Assembly: GCF_009914755.1 (NCBI RefSeq)
Contig: NC_060926.1
Reading direction: 5' to 3' (one strand)
Length of the DNA: 64,000 bases
From: the human T2T-CHM13v2.0 reference genome, Homo sapiens
Part shown: positions 38,751 to 57,178 of the stretch, piece by piece
Layout of the letters: every line of letters starts with the position of its first letter
How positions within the stretch are numbered: position 1 is the stretch's first letter
The notes under the pieces: model-generated
Told to the model about the DNA's origin: nothing
The model's input: only the letters and a program-made list of their open reading frames with translations
Database searches by the model: none
Made by a program: the position numbers and the translations under genes

Positions 38751-40855
38751 CTACTATTTAGATGTCTTCTGTAAACATCTAGTGGCATTTTTGCATTTAT
38801 ATGTGTGTATATACATACTGATATATACATACACTTAAAAAACTGGTAGAATTTTTAAAATGATATTCTTGTATACTTTTCTAGAACAAAATTCAGTAGA
38901 TTATCAGGACCTGTAAGTTGCCGTCTTTTGCACTTTTCTGGGATCCTTTTCTGTAGAAAAAGTTAAATATTTTAAATGTTACAGGTTCAAGTTTAAGGAT
39001 GTTTTATAACGTTGAGGTAGATGTGGGGAAAAGACATCCTCCTTTGTTACCGTTGGGATTATGAAACAGTACAACTTCCTATGGAGTTCCTATGCCTTCC
39101 TATGGAGGGCAATTTAGCAATATTTATCACAACTTTGACCCTACAATTGTCCTTCTAGGACTTTTTCCTACTGATATACTGGCTTGTACACATGACATGT
39201 ATACAAGGTCACTTACTGAAGTATTGCTGGCTAATAGCAACAGAGGAAGCAACCAAAATCTTATCAATAAGAGACTGGCTAAATAATAGTTTGTATCCAT
39301 AGTTTTGCAATACTGCTTCAAGATATATATATATTATTAGGTTTAAACAGTAAAAGTTCAGAAGAGTATATGTAATATTTTACTATTTGGATGTAAAAAG
39401 GGTGGGGAGATAAAGAATATATACGTATGTATTCACTTGTATAAGCATAGACTGTCTAAAATGACCCATAATAAACTGGCAACATTATTTTTGAGGAAGG
39501 AGACTGGGCAGCTGGGATGTTTTTCACTTAATCTTTTTGTACTTTAAAAATAATGTGAATGTACTACCCATCCAAAATAGTTTGATGAACGTTTTCTTTT
39601 CAACAAAACTGAAAGCAGAGAAAGGACAGTCTTTTCAACAAACGGTGCCGGGATAATTGGATATCCATATGCAAAAACAAAATATCTTTGCTCCATACCT
39701 CACAAAATGTATAAAAATTAAAATGGATCATAGATCTAAATGTAAACCCTGAAACTGTAAAACTTTTAGAAGAAAACATAGGAAGAAATCTTTATGATCT
39801 TGGATTACACAAAGATTTCTTAGATTTGATATCAAAAGCATAATCCATAAAGGGACAAAAATGATAAATTGGAGTTTATCAAAATTGACAACTTATGCTC
39901 TTCAGAAACATTAAGGGAATGAAGAGACAAGCTACAGACTGGGAGGAATTATTTGCAAATCACATATCTGATTAAGGCCTTGTTTCCAGAAGGTACTACA
40001 AATAATTTTTAAGATTTAAATACTAAGAAGAAAACCTAAGAAAAAGAATAGGCAAAAATTTAAACAGTTTCTTCAGCAAAGTTATGTGGCTGGTAAATAA
40101 GTGCTTGAAAAGGGGTTAAGCATCAGTCATTAGGGAAATGCAAATAAAATCACAGTGAGATACTACCACACACCTATTATGGGTACAGCCACTTTAGAAA
40201 ATAGTTTGGGAATTTCTTTAAAAGCGAAACATACTACCACCATATGACCCAGTCAGTGCACTACTAAGTATTCACCAAAGACAAATGAAAGTATGTCTCC
40301 ACACAGACTTGTACACAGGTGTTCACATCAGCTGTATTTGTAATAACTTAAAACTGGAAACAACTTAAGTGTCCACCAGGTGAATGGATAACTAAATTGT
40401 GATGTCCCTACAATAGAATACTAAGCAACAGAAAGAACTATTGATACATGCAGCAGATTGAATAACTCTCAAAATAATTACACTGAGTGAAAGAAGTTAT
40501 TCAAAAAAGAGTGCATACAATACAATTCCATATAAAATTCTAGAAAATACAAACTCATATATTGTAACAGAAAACAGATCAGTGGTTACCTGTGAGAATC
40601 ACCAGAAGTGTGGGAATAGAGAGAGACAGAAGGGGAAGATTACAAAGGAGCTTAAGGAAACTTTTGGAGATGATGGAAATGTTCAATATCTTAATTATTG
40701 TTTCAAAGTCTTATACGTATGTCAAAACTTATCAAAATGTACACTTTAAGTATGTGTAGCTTATTGTATATCAGTTATACCTCAGAAAAGCTGTTAAAAA
40801 AGAAAAATCATATATTACCTATTCAAAAATGTATTAAATGTTTAAAATAACATTC

Positions 40856-41199
40856 TTTTTTTTTTTTTTTTTTTTTTTTTTTTGAGACAGAGAGTCTCGC
40901 TGTGTCGCCAGGCTGGAGTACAGTGGCGCCATCTTGGCTTGGCTCACTGCAACCTCTGCCTCCTGGGTTCAAGCGATTCTCGTGCCTCAGCCTCCCAAGT
41001 GGCTGGAATTACAGGCGCCCGCCACCACGCCCAGCTAATTTATTTTTTATTTTTATTTTTATTTTATTTTTTTGTATTTTTAGTAGAGACAGGGTTTCAC
41101 CACGTTGGCTAGGATGGTCTCCATCTCCTGACCTCATGATCCACCTGCCTTGGCCTCCCAAAGTGCTGGGATTACAGGGGTGAGCCACCACGCCCAGCC
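40856..41199 (-). mobile_element. AluS with an expanded middle A-rich region
   Basis: TSD taacattctt. Confidence 0.95.
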
Positions 41200-41619
41200 T
41201 AAAGTAACATTCTTGACAGAACTGTAGAAATAGAGAACAAATTACTGTACATCAGTGTAGTATGGGAAAGAAAAGAACAAATTAGTGGTTGCCAGAGGAC
41301 AGGATGAGTTTTTGGAGGGAAGAGTGAATACAGAGATAGCACAAGGGAATTCTTTTCTGGTGATGGAAATTTTGTGTCTTGACTGTGGCAGTGGCAGTCA
41401 TGTGAATATGTAAATAGGATAAAATTGCATGGAACTGTGTGCATGCACATATACACATGCATCCACACATAGATGAATGAAGGTTGAAAAAAATGGCAAA
41501 AATTGAATAAATTATGTAATCTAGTTAGTCAAGTTAACAATAATGTATGCATGTCAATTTCCTGGTTTTGATGTTGAACTACAGAGATATGAGATGTCAG
41601 CAAAAGAAGCAGGATAAAG

Positions 41620-41942
<323 letters not shown>

Positions 41943-42513
41943 CTATTTTTGCAACATCCTGTGAGCCTAAAATTATGAAGTAAAAAGTTTAAAAGGGGTA
42001 ATATTTAAAATAGTATGATTATCTGAACTGATGGTGTGGCTCTACCAAAACTGTTTCAAGGATATGAGGTTCTAATACTATACTTCTAATTAGGATTCAT
42101 TCTGCTGTAACACTGTTTTCTTGAATTTTCTTGTATTTCTTTCTAAATACACTATTTAGTATTTATACATCTTTGCTTTTATAATATCAATTTGTGCTTT
42201 TTTTAATATTTTCAAAAGGAAGCTAGTCTCATAATAATTTCTCTCCCATTTTACATCTCAGCTTCATAGATAGTCTTATTCTCCCTATTCTTGTGTTTTC
42301 ATGGAGATTAATGTATTGGATTTGTCTATGTTTATTCACACAGATATTTTTGTTGTAGTTTCCTTTAAAGGAATAAGCAGCTAATAAAGATGGGTTCTAT
42401 TTATAGTAGTGAATAAATATATTTAAACATTTAAAATTTGGTTTCTAAATTTCTATGTCTTATTCTAATCACTGATTTGTAATGTTATTTATTGTTTCTT
42501 TTTTCCTACTTAG

Positions 42514-42675
<162 letters not shown>

Positions 42676-43507
42676 TGAGAAGAAGCACTTATGAAATCTT
42701 TCATGAGCCATATGTTTCGCTTTCTTGCTTCCATTAGAATAAGGATTGATCAGGGGAGGATTTCTTTTTCTGGAGAAAAGATAATTTTAGAATAGTTTAA
42801 AATTTTTCCCTTAAAAATACATTATATGTATCTAACTCCCAATGTTTTTTTTTTAACTTTCTGTCTTAAATACTCAAAAGAGAAAGTTCTAATTTTTTCT
42901 TTTGAAACACATCTGATCTTGGTAATAATAACCTTTATAGTTATGTTTTATTAATGTGGTGTAAGATTTCTATGATGCTTTCTCCTTAACAGTGTGTGTA
43001 TGCTTAGTGGGAATAGAGGTCACATCCCAAACTTCTCTTTGTCAGCAAGTGCTGGATTTTGTCTCTCTGAGGAGGGCTGTGAGTTACCTCATTCTTCAGC
43101 AGCTTCCACTTTCTCTTACAGTCTTTTTTTCTCAGATAATTCTAATGCGTTTCAGATGTATTATTCTCATCTGACCCCGTCAGAAGACAGCTGAGAGGCC
43201 AGCCTGGCGCCACCTCTGGACGCAGGTTGTGCTGAGTCAGGCCTCTCTGGTTAATGTGTATGCTGTAACATGACCACAGTTGGGAAGCTGCAGAGTTCAC
43301 CAACTTTTCTGGGGATCAGCTTTTCTTTTTCTCAACAATAACTTAAGAAACCACCTAAAAATAAAATATACTTTAATTATTCCCACTAGCATCCTACTGT
43401 GTCTGCTTGTCTGCTTTCCATGCTCTTTCCTGGGAGTAATGAGATCCACAAGCAGAAGAGTAACCAGAAAGGATCAAATGTCTTTGTGTTGTTTCATTTT
43501 CTGTTAG

Positions 43508-43723
<216 letters not shown>

Positions 43724-44517
43724 TAAGGAGCAGTGTCAAGTCAATAAATGAAGTCACTTTATGTAGCTTCCTTTACAAAAAAAAAAATTGTAAAATGATA
43801 TGTTGAAAGAATTCCTAAGTTAGAGAAAATTTAGAATTAGAAATAAATATTATTTCCAAAAATTCAAAATGCCCCTATTGTGTAGTGATGTGAAGGAATT
43901 TCTAGACTATATATCCTAGAAATTCACTAGCTGTACTGTTGTTTTACCCTTGCTTTCTGCACCATGTAAACCTAATTCTTTCCTTGCTTCTACAGAATAG
44001 TAACTGTCAAGATAATTGAAACTAAGTACATACTTTAGTTTGAATTAATTATCCATTTATTACTATCCTGTTTCAAGATTAATAATTATTTTAGGTGAAT
44101 CATTCTGAGAACCACTTCTAGCCATGTTTTATAAGTAAATTCCTTTATAGAATGTTTCAAAAATTAAATAAAATTTCCTTTTAGGTTAAAGAATAAATGG
44201 TCTGAGTTTAATAGGGCATATTGCCTCTATGTTATGAGAGAACAAGTGAGTTTTCTTTTCTCTTTTTTTACATTACATATTGTTTATCTTTTTTACATAG
44301 TATGAAAGTATATTGCCTTTGCATTTTTAAAAGGTCAAGGGAATGGTATTAAAAATACTATTCACAATAAATTTATAAGTGGCTGTTATATGTAGATGCA
44401 AAAATCTCAACAGCAAGTCAATCTTTGTAAAGGCAATATATTTTGTACTAGTGATATTTACTAGTGATATATAAGTATGATGCTATTTGAGCTTCTTAGA
44501 AGAAAAGTGTTCTGTAA

Positions 44518-44694
<177 letters not shown>

Positions 44695-45350
44695 TAAAAA
44701 ATGATAACATTGATATTTTTAGTTTTATTGGGATATTACTGTTTTTGGGAAAATGAAGTGAAACTATCAGGTAAATGTTTTTTTCAATCAAGTCTGAGTT
44801 TTGGACAGTGACATATCTACAAATGGGAAATTGACCTGTCTTACAATGAGTCACTTATTGGCAAACCAGTACCACAATAATGACTAAACTCTTTGTCTTA
44901 TATGGTCTTATATGGTCTACATTTTTATTCATTTATTAATGCACAAAAAATGTCAGAAGTTAATAGGCTTAGAAAATATAGTCTGTCAGAAACACCTGGA
45001 GTGATCCCACTATTAATAAGGAGTCACCTACACACACATGTGCTCACAGGTATATATTTACTTACATGCATACATATCTATATGCACATATATAAAATAC
45101 ACATGAATATTTCATAAATAAGGTTTTTTTTCTGTAAGAATCTATAAGAAACAGTGGACAGGTTTTTTTCTTCAAGGGAGTGAGACCAGAAGGTCATAGG
45201 ATCAGGAAGGGTAATTTAGTTTAAAATTTAAAAAATTAGGATAAATTAAGCTGGGTCTGTTTTCCAAAGTTCTCTGGTGACCAATGGAGCATGGCCTTCC
45301 CATTGCCTTCTAAGTGTTTCCTGAGCAATGTCTCTAATGAGTTCTCATTC

Positions 45351-45373
45351 ATATATGTGTGTGCATATATATA

Positions 45374-45413
<40 letters not shown>

Positions 45414-45424
45414 TACATATATAT
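45351..45424. repeat. (TA)n/(TG)n compound microsatellite
   Basis: Read directly. Confidence 0.9.
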
Positions 45425-45555
45425 TTTCCAGGCAGCTGGAATCTTTGCTTCTGGTTCCAACTAATTATTGTTTCAATGGTACTTGATGATAGAATGTGAG
45501 GAGTGATTACACAGTGTTATGGACTTCTTGCATCTGTCCATTACAGTGGAATTGA

Positions 45556-45747
<192 letters not shown>

Positions 45748-46294
45748 TAAGAGCATTATAGTTGCAGTAAAATTAGGGAAGCACCTCTGGAGGAGTAAGT
45801 CACATTCCCATAAATGGCTCATTCGCATAAATCAGTTAAACTCTTTTCTCCTACTTTGCCCTAGTACTTCCAGCAGAGCCATGTTAAGAACCAGGCATAC
45901 CTGAGCACCAGCAGGTAATAGCTGGCTAGAGCATGATCATTTGACTCTCCTTCTCAGCTCTTCCTTCATCCACTATCTAGCTGCTGCTTTACTCAAAGGT
46001 TAAATCAAAACTTAAAGAATATTGATTAGAAGGGACGTTCACATGTTTCTATGAAGGCTTTTCTATTAACAGCTTATATGTCCTTTAAAGGCAGATTTAG
46101 ACAAGAAAAAACATCAGCCTGGGTGGAATGACTCCATCTAAGCAGATGTTAAGCCATTAAATGTTTTCAGTTTTGACCTGAGATTACTTAGATCAGACTT
46201 ATCCAGTTCAGGTCAAATGACTAAAGTTTTGCCTTAAATTATACCTCGGTAAATATTTAGATAATAATAGCATCCCATGAAAATTTATACTTAA

Positions 46295-46630
<336 letters not shown>

Positions 46631-47274
46631 AGATATTTATTATTTTCAATTAGTGAGCATGTTGATACAGGAAAGAGGTACAAGCTAAAGCAGAGATGGT
46701 ATTTTCCAGATATATGATCTCTGCAAATTTTATATTCAGCTGAAATGTTACTGCCTTAAGACTGTTCCATATTGTGTTTATGTAGTCGTTGGCAGCATCA
46801 TTTAAAACTCTCCAATGTCAGTTTAGGTAATTATGATTTAGAGAGCTAGTAATTGTTTCAAAGCCTGAAAATTATTTAGGTGACTATAAAATGTAGTCCC
46901 TGCCACTACTGCTTAAAACAAGCAAAACCAAAGGAAAAAAAAAATGATTAGGTCATTTACAGGAAAAGGATGAGGTGAGAGTTAGAGGTCTCCTTGCAGC
47001 ATTTGCTTCAGGATTTACCCTTATGCCACTGCTTATGATAATAGTTTGTATTTTCATCAAAGGTGAATCAACCTTCTTTACTTGAGATCTTTGAACCTCC
47101 TGAAATCATATGCAGAACTGTATTTATCAGTGCACATGGTTAGGAAGACAGAGCAGGTTTTGGAGAACTTGCTGGGTTTCAGGTACAGTTACTTAATTTA
47201 GACTTAGAAATGCAGGCTTAGTTCTAAGAAGAGGCTACTAGTTGGAATTCATCTCCATAAAGATAAAAGCTAAA

Positions 47275-47707
<433 letters not shown>

Positions 47708-48675
47708 TTAGTGGAGGTAAGGAAAGAGTTGGTAGAATGTAGTATCACCAGAGTCAAACACAAGTGAGTCAGATGCTGCAGAGTCAAAGAGACCAGAGAG
47801 GAAGCCACTGGGTTTTGCAACAGGTATCTACCAATCATCCTCCAGATGGCCAGTTTCTGTAGATATAGAAGATCACAAAGAGTAAGTGATTGATGAGGAA
47901 AGGCAGACAAAGAGGACAATGGTGAAGATAAAGAAGATCAGATAGCAGCTCAAGAGCATAACATGAAGAAAAGTTATTCTGCTGCTGCCCTGTTTTTAGA
48001 ATGGGAGGAACTGGACCATGATTAAAGATTATGGAAAAGAACTCAATCGAACTGGAGAAAAGAGAGAGTATAAGAGGAAGGGTTATCTTTAAAGATGAGG
48101 TTGGACATTTCTTCCTTTGGGACTAGCGGGAAGCAGAAGCTGAGTGAGTCTTCAGAAGACTGTTAAGGAGGCTGATTGGTAGATGGTCTGCGATTTTCCT
48201 TAGAAGAAAAAAGAGCAAGATGAATACATTCTAGAGATCTGCTATATAACATAGGGCTATAATGAACAACAGTATATTGTATGCTTAAAATTTGTTAAGA
48301 GGGTAGATCTCATGTTAAATGTTCTTACCTCAGTAAAAAGAAGAAGAAAGTAAGAGTTGAAGTTGAAGTGCTATGTAGGGGCTCAGGGCAGAGGTAGAGA
48401 CTTGAGAGAAATTTTAAAATTAAAAATTAAAGTTAATACAAAATTTAATTTAAAAATCTAAAATTTAGAATTTAAATTTTTAGAGCTAGATGATGATGAT
48501 GACAGTAGCTAACATTTGTTACATGCTCATGATATGTTGGGTAATATGCTAAGGACTTCACATGCATTATTTCCTTTAGTACAAACTATTACCCTATGAT
48601 GGTGGTTACTGTTGTTATTCCCATTTTGAAGATAAGGAAACAAGCAGGGGAAGGTGGTGTACCATACTCAAGGTC

Positions 48676-49692
48676 AGACATCATCTTACTAGAGCTGGGA
48701 TTAGATCCAGGCAGCAGCAGGCTGACTCCAAAACTTATAGTCTTAATCATTTTGATATAATCACAATAAATTTAAAGGCAATTTAGAAAGTTTCTTATAA
48801 TTTTCAAAATACAGCACTGTAAAAATGATGGTTTTCTCTTTCTATATCTCCATGAATTTTTTGCTCATTTTTCAGATTGAGGTGTGGGCATGGGGAGGAG
48901 TGTGGGAATATAAGAAATAACCATAATTATATCCAATGACTTCAGGATCTCCATCCCTTTATGCTGTGCCTTGAGGACAGGTGTCAGCAACTTTTTAGAT
49001 GTGATGTACCAAAGTATATTGATACATTCCTGCCTGGGGTACTGGAGGGACAGTTGCAGTTACCACCTGCAAGTCTCATGTATAGACCAAGCCACTGAAT
49101 GCTGCCAAGTGGAGAAACTGAATCCATTAGTAGATGTGCTTTTAGAGACACGTGGAGAACATGGATATATTATACAAATAAGAGCAAGAGATGGTCAGGA
49201 GGAGAGAGAGGGAAAATGAAGGTGATTTCATGGCAGGGCAGGCTTCTCCTATCCTTTGAGAAAGAACCAATAACTCAAGAGTAATCATACAGTAAGTCAT
49301 TATCAGCTAGATCAGAGAATGTTAAAGCTGGAATAAGCCTAGTAATTGTTTAAATCCGTTTAGTCCTTTTTGGAGTCACTTATCCTTTTAAAAGTCAGAA
49401 GCTACGGACTCAGCTACACTCTCTCACACACACACATTTTGCATATTATTTCAGGCAATTCCAGCATCCTCAGAAGATTAATCATGGGTCTTGAACAAGG
49501 AGTTCAAGTTAGGAATGCTGATCTAATTTAAGGCTCTCAGTTTAAAGATAAGGAAACAATATTATTACAAGTTAAAACTTAAGTAGTAAATAGCTGCTAG
49601 CAAAAAGACATCATCTTACTAGAGCGGAGATTACAATCCAGGCAGCAGCAGGCTGACTCCAAAACCCATAGTCTTAATCACTTTGCTATAAT
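48676..49692 (+). repeat. ~86-bp direct repeat pair (48676-48761 and 49606-49692) in MIR-like sequence
   Basis: Both copies read agacatcatcttactagagc...ggcagcagcaggctgactccaaaac...atagtcttaatca. Confidence 0.85.
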
Positions 49693-50000
49693 GTTTTGTT
49701 TGAAAAGACAAAGGCAAAAGAAAAGACAAAAGCAAGTATCTCTTAAAGTGTTTCTTCTTCCTCCAGTATTTTTCTTCGATGTGAGTTTTTTACTCGTTTG
49801 GTTGGATCTCTTTATGTAGAATTAATGTTTTTTAATGCTACAGGTAAATTCACTTCTTTTTTCTTCTGTTAATGAGCTCCAAATTAGTGAGGTTCACCAG
49901 GCTACTGATAGGCTGCTTGTTTATAAATCACACACCTTTTGGAGAGTTGCACACTCCCCTCCAAAACTTTCTTACCTCCTAAAATGATTTCTAAAGGTGA

Positions 50001-50156
<156 letters not shown>

Positions 50157-51178
50157 TAGTCATGAGAAAAGTTTCTCTTTTGGTGAATGCCTCTTAGGAT
50201 AAGCAGCTCAAGGATTTCAGAGAATGGCTACAGTTGTTCTTTGACTCCTCTCATCCCCCTTTGATCAGCAGGCCAGATGTAATTAAGACCTCTCTGTAAA
50301 GCAACACACAAGAAAAAAGTTTCTGACATAATTCTCTGCCCGACAAAGGTGTGCCTTGATGGGAGATTTTCCATCAGAGAGTGATAAGCAAGAGGGATAG
50401 AGGAATAAGGAGACTGCCATTTGATAGACAGAAGAGAAATCATCTGTCTTCTCAGTTCATTTAACTGGCATCTATTCTGCATCTACCATTTCCTGAGAGG
50501 CACAGAGAAAACAGTAGAAGATATGGTCCATGCCCCAGTGTGTGCCAAATGACCCTTGTTTGGGATCTCCACTCCGGAAATGAGATATATAGGGAAAACA
50601 TCAGAGAACTTTCTTGGGTAGCAGAGGCTGTGTACAACTTTGAAGGAATTCAAAGTAAGAGAAAGTTTATTTTAGGCCATTTGGTTGATAGAAGAAGAGA
50701 GGCTTAATGAGAGTACAGGATTGAGACTAGCAGAAATGGCAGGGCTGGACACCTTATGAAACAGCACAGGCCATGCTTACTTACAAAAATGAACAGGACA
50801 TGTGAGCAGATGAAAAGTAGCCTTTCTTGATTAGAGCAGAGACTTTGGAAAATGTTAGAGAGAGAGTGTTAGCTTAAATGGGACCACCTGATGGATGGCC
50901 TTAGTTATAGAAATGTTGGATGTGTGCTCTTAGGTAGAAACGGAGCACTATGGGTTTCTGAGCAGGGGGTGGTATGATAGAAGCATGAGTTTAGGAAGGT
51001 TAATGTAACAGCAGAGGACAGTAGAGGATAATGAAGAGAAACTGGAGGCATGGAGGCTCGAGAAAACTATAACAGTTAATTCGAGTATTAGATGATTAGG
51101 GCCAAGCAAAGTAGTTCAGTTGAAAATAGAAAACAATTAAGTCAGAAAGCCCATTTTAATAGAAAAAAAATCAAACAG

Positions 51179-51525
<347 letters not shown>

Positions 51526-51785
51526 TTAAAATAATTCCTTGGTTGGCATGGCTGGTCTGTGTTTCACCAAATTTGTTACGTTTAGTAGTTGCAATTGACA
51601 GACCATTCACAAAATCAAACTCAAATAATGGTATATAAAACAATTTTGTGAATTGCAAAGCACTATATAAATACAAATGTTATAAAAAGCAAATTCTGCT
51701 TTTTATAGAAGAATTAGGGAACATAAAGGTGTGCTAAATGTAGAAATGTACCTTTAGTCGGAGATCATTGTTAAGAATACTTACA

Positions 51786-52274
<489 letters not shown>

Positions 52275-53205
52275 TCAGTACAAAGTAAATGATAGTTGTT
52301 AGTGCTTATCCAGTTTTAGAAAGGCTGTGATTGAGGTAACTGGAATATCTAACAGGAAGTTAGTTGGGTAGTAATAAAAGACTGTAGTGTAAAGTTAGGA
52401 TCTAAAAGAAGGAACTAGTATAGAGAGAAAAGGTACAGATATCCTTGACTTCACTCTTTGCTGTGTTAAATGCTACCATCCATAGAGAATACCACCTTCC
52501 TGTCTTCTCCCTTCTCAACTACCTCCTCTTCCTAAAGTTTTCAAGTGGCAATGGTTTAAGGGCATATTAGAAGGCGTGAACGCTGTAAAATTATTTAAGT
52601 AACTACTATGCAGTTTTTTTTTCACGAGAGAAGTTTATTAAAATCCTTAAGAACAAAAAGCAAAATTATAAAAATATATGCCATGGCAGTCAGTACCTGA
52701 CAGATATTTATATAAACTGCCATATAATTCATTTTCATTTCTTCAGACATGAGGTTGCAAGTGACAGAGAAGAGCTTATAGCATGATAATCACAGAGTAA
52801 TTGTGTGTGCCAGCCTCTACTTCTTTCTTTATATGATCTTATTTAATTTAATTGTTATTTGTATTCTATGAAGTAAGCTATACACACACTGTTCAGATGA
52901 TGAACCTGAGGCTTAAGGTAGTTAATTGCTCCAGATCACTCAGCTAGTAAGTACTGAAGCTGATATTTGGACAGATGCCTGACTCCAAAGTCATGCTCTT
53001 AAAATGCAAATGATGAATATACATTTGCATTCTTTATTCCAAAAAAGATTTTGTTCTTTAGTGATAAAAATCATGAAAACCACTTGGTCTATTGCTCCAT
53101 AAATCTGCTTAATCAGATATTATTATTGCCTCACTAACTCTCCTTTTTAAAAGAAGATCCAAAGATGATAAAATATAAGGACAAAACTAAGTAAGCTTCT
53201 CTTAA

Positions 53206-53481
<276 letters not shown>

Positions 53482-53847
53482 TGAGGATGTAGTCAGTCAA
53501 TGGTGTCTAGGGAAGACAGGTTTTAGAACCCTACCAGCCCCATGTATTCTCTGGGAATTATAGCCAGTTGTCTTTGGGGAGACTTTTTCAGTGGAGTCAC
53601 TGCTGTGTAAATGTTTGATTTCTCATTTGCTGCCAGTGTCACATTCCGGCTCCCTATCTGTCCCTTCCGTGTTGATTGTACTGGACTTTGCTCTTTTGGG
53701 ATCAGTGGGCTAGATGGGAAAGAAAGCTCAGCAGGAACTGGTAACTTTGGGTCTCATATTGGATTCTTTCTGTCATCCTATAGGCAAAAAGAGCAAGCCA
53801 GTTTTTCCACTGATCATCTTTTTATGTTATTTTCCAATTACTTTTAG

Positions 53848-54215
<368 letters not shown>

Positions 54216-54853
54216 TGACATGTGCCAAAGCCCAGTAGTTTTGCACCTAGACTTTCTAGAGTCTACAGAAGACAACACACATTTACAAATTGTTTATCTT
54301 AGCTAAGTCCTTAGAATAATAGTATCTAGGAAGAAGGCTGTAGTTTGAATATGGCAAATGTTCTCCATTTTCAGTTTAATAAAAGTAATGTCAATTTTTA
54401 AAGAACAGCTAGAGCTTACATATGCAAAGTATCAGTTACTAAGTAAGACTTCTGAACTGAATTTCATAGCCTTTCAGGAACTTTGTACACCTCGTTTCTT
54501 CTAGCACAGATACACCTGTTGCTATTACAGGACTCTTAGGTATTCCTAAATGAATAAAAAGCATAACGTCTTATCACTGAAAAGGGACTTCAAGAGATCA
54601 CTGAGCTCTTGTCTTTCAGTAGGGTTTGTCATGAGAAGTATCTCTCCAGTTCTGAAAAGAGATATTAATCACTGTCCTCAACAGACTCCATAAATAAAAA
54701 ATCAAAATGTGTAATCATATCCACATATGTAGATATGCAGACTATAGGTTAAGCTGAAAATAACAGTTTTTATCTCATATGTCAGTAGCACCTGAAGTTA
54801 GAAGGCACTCCATCCTATTTTCATATTTAGTTGCCCATTTATTATAACAGTGA

Positions 54854-55075
<222 letters not shown>

Positions 55076-55447
55076 TGAAATCCTTCATTAACGTAGTTGT
55101 CAGGAATGCAACAGGGAAGAACGAGTAACTTCCTAAGTGTAGTCTCTATTGTAGAGAAGAAGTGATTTTTAGATTAAGAGTCTGTGTCCAGATGACAGAT
55201 GATATATAACAGAATGCTAAAATATTAAACCTGAAGTCCAAATCTCCCTATTAAATATAAGGAAAGACCAGCATGTGTGTGGATTTTAATGCATTATTAT
55301 TTGACATGACCCTACTGAAAGTGGATGCTCTTTGTTCAATCAATCAATAACTAAAAAAGTAAAGTAGACCCTATTTAACTAATTGTGAATTTTCTTTCTC
55401 TATTCTAAACTTAAATTAGCCTTTTGGGGGGTATTTCAAATCATACT

Positions 55448-55739
55448 TTTTTTTTTTTTTTTCCAAGACAGGGTCTCACTCTGTCACCAGGCTGGAGTGC
55501 ATGGCATAATCTTGGCTCACTGCAATCTCCGCCTCCCAGGCTCAAATGATCCTCCCACTTGAGCCTCCCAAGTAGCCAAGTAGCTGGGCATGGTGGTGCA
55601 CCATGCCCAGCTAATTTTTGGTAGAGATGAGGTTCCACTATGTTGCCAGGCTGGTCTCAAACTCCTGGACTCAAGTGATCCACCAGCCTTGGCCTCCCAA
55701 AGTGCTGTGATTCCAGGTGTGAACCACCACACCTGGCCC
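55448..55739 (-). mobile_element. AluJ
   Basis: Antisense dimeric Alu. Confidence 0.9.
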
Positions 55740-56071
55740 ATGAACTACTACATTCTTAAGAGTCTTTTGTGCATTTTTTTCATTTTCAAAGCCATCTTTT
55801 ACCTTCATTCTTAATTTTCTCCTGGGTCCTCTCTTACATTACTTCACATCCAAGAAACATTAACAAATGCATGAAAAGCAGCAAGTCTGCATGCATTCTT
55901 TAACCCCTCACTCAGAAATTACTCGCATGTATAGGATGTTAAGTATATTATGCAAATAGGTTGTGAAGAACAAGCAGTCAGAATTTGGGTCTTTTAATTT
56001 CTAAGTAAAAAATCTCTGCAACTAATACACAAAAAAACTTGTAACTCTTTCTTTGTGTCTTTTAATGGTGA

Positions 56072-56263
<192 letters not shown>

Positions 56264-56415
56264 TAATTACCGAAGTTCTCTCATCATCTCGATACTCTCT
56301 CTTTTAATCTTTAGTTTCTTTAGACTAATGCTAGGAAACCAATTAATTTCTTTTTTTTACAAAGTTCCACCTGTCACAAACTTTTTAGATTAGAATCACT
56401 TGTCTTCATGAATAG

Positions 56416-56616
<201 letters not shown>

Positions 56617-56822
56617 TGTCCTTGACAAGGGAGCTTCTTTATGTGTAGCTACACTCCATGATTCCAAGAGCCCAGCAGCCGGGGCTGGCCTGTTTCTAGA
56701 GTCATAAGAACATGAAGTCTTTGATGTGGGCTGAAGATTTTGGACCTGAGTTTATCACTTTATGAACTCTTATATCAGTACAAAACTACCCCTTTTTTTG
56801 TCCCTTTTCACATTTTCCACCC

Positions 56823-56828
56823 AATAAA
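56823..56828 (+). terminator. Polyadenylation signal AATAAA (3' UTR about 230 nt)
   Basis: AATAAA followed by GT/T-rich downstream sequence. Confidence 0.75.
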
Positions 56829-57178
56829 TTTGTGTTAATTTGTTGTATGATAGGAGATGGTGTTGCATAATTCTTGTCTGTTTTTCTAATAAGTATATTT
56901 TATGAAAAGGCTTTTAGCAAGTTCTAAATGATATTGCTACTAAACGATATATTTTGTTTCAATGAAATGTCCCACTCTAACATGCAGTAGATAATCCCTG
57001 GTAATAGAATTGTGTGAAAAATGGTAAAGACTCCTCTACTGTCTTGTAAATTTATGCACTTCTATGTTGGGTAATTACCAGCATATCTTTTAAAGACTAA
57101 TATCTCTATTCTCAAATAAGGCATTTCAGAGATTATATTTACAGCTTCCTTGGTCATTAAAAAAGTTATAGAATGCAG

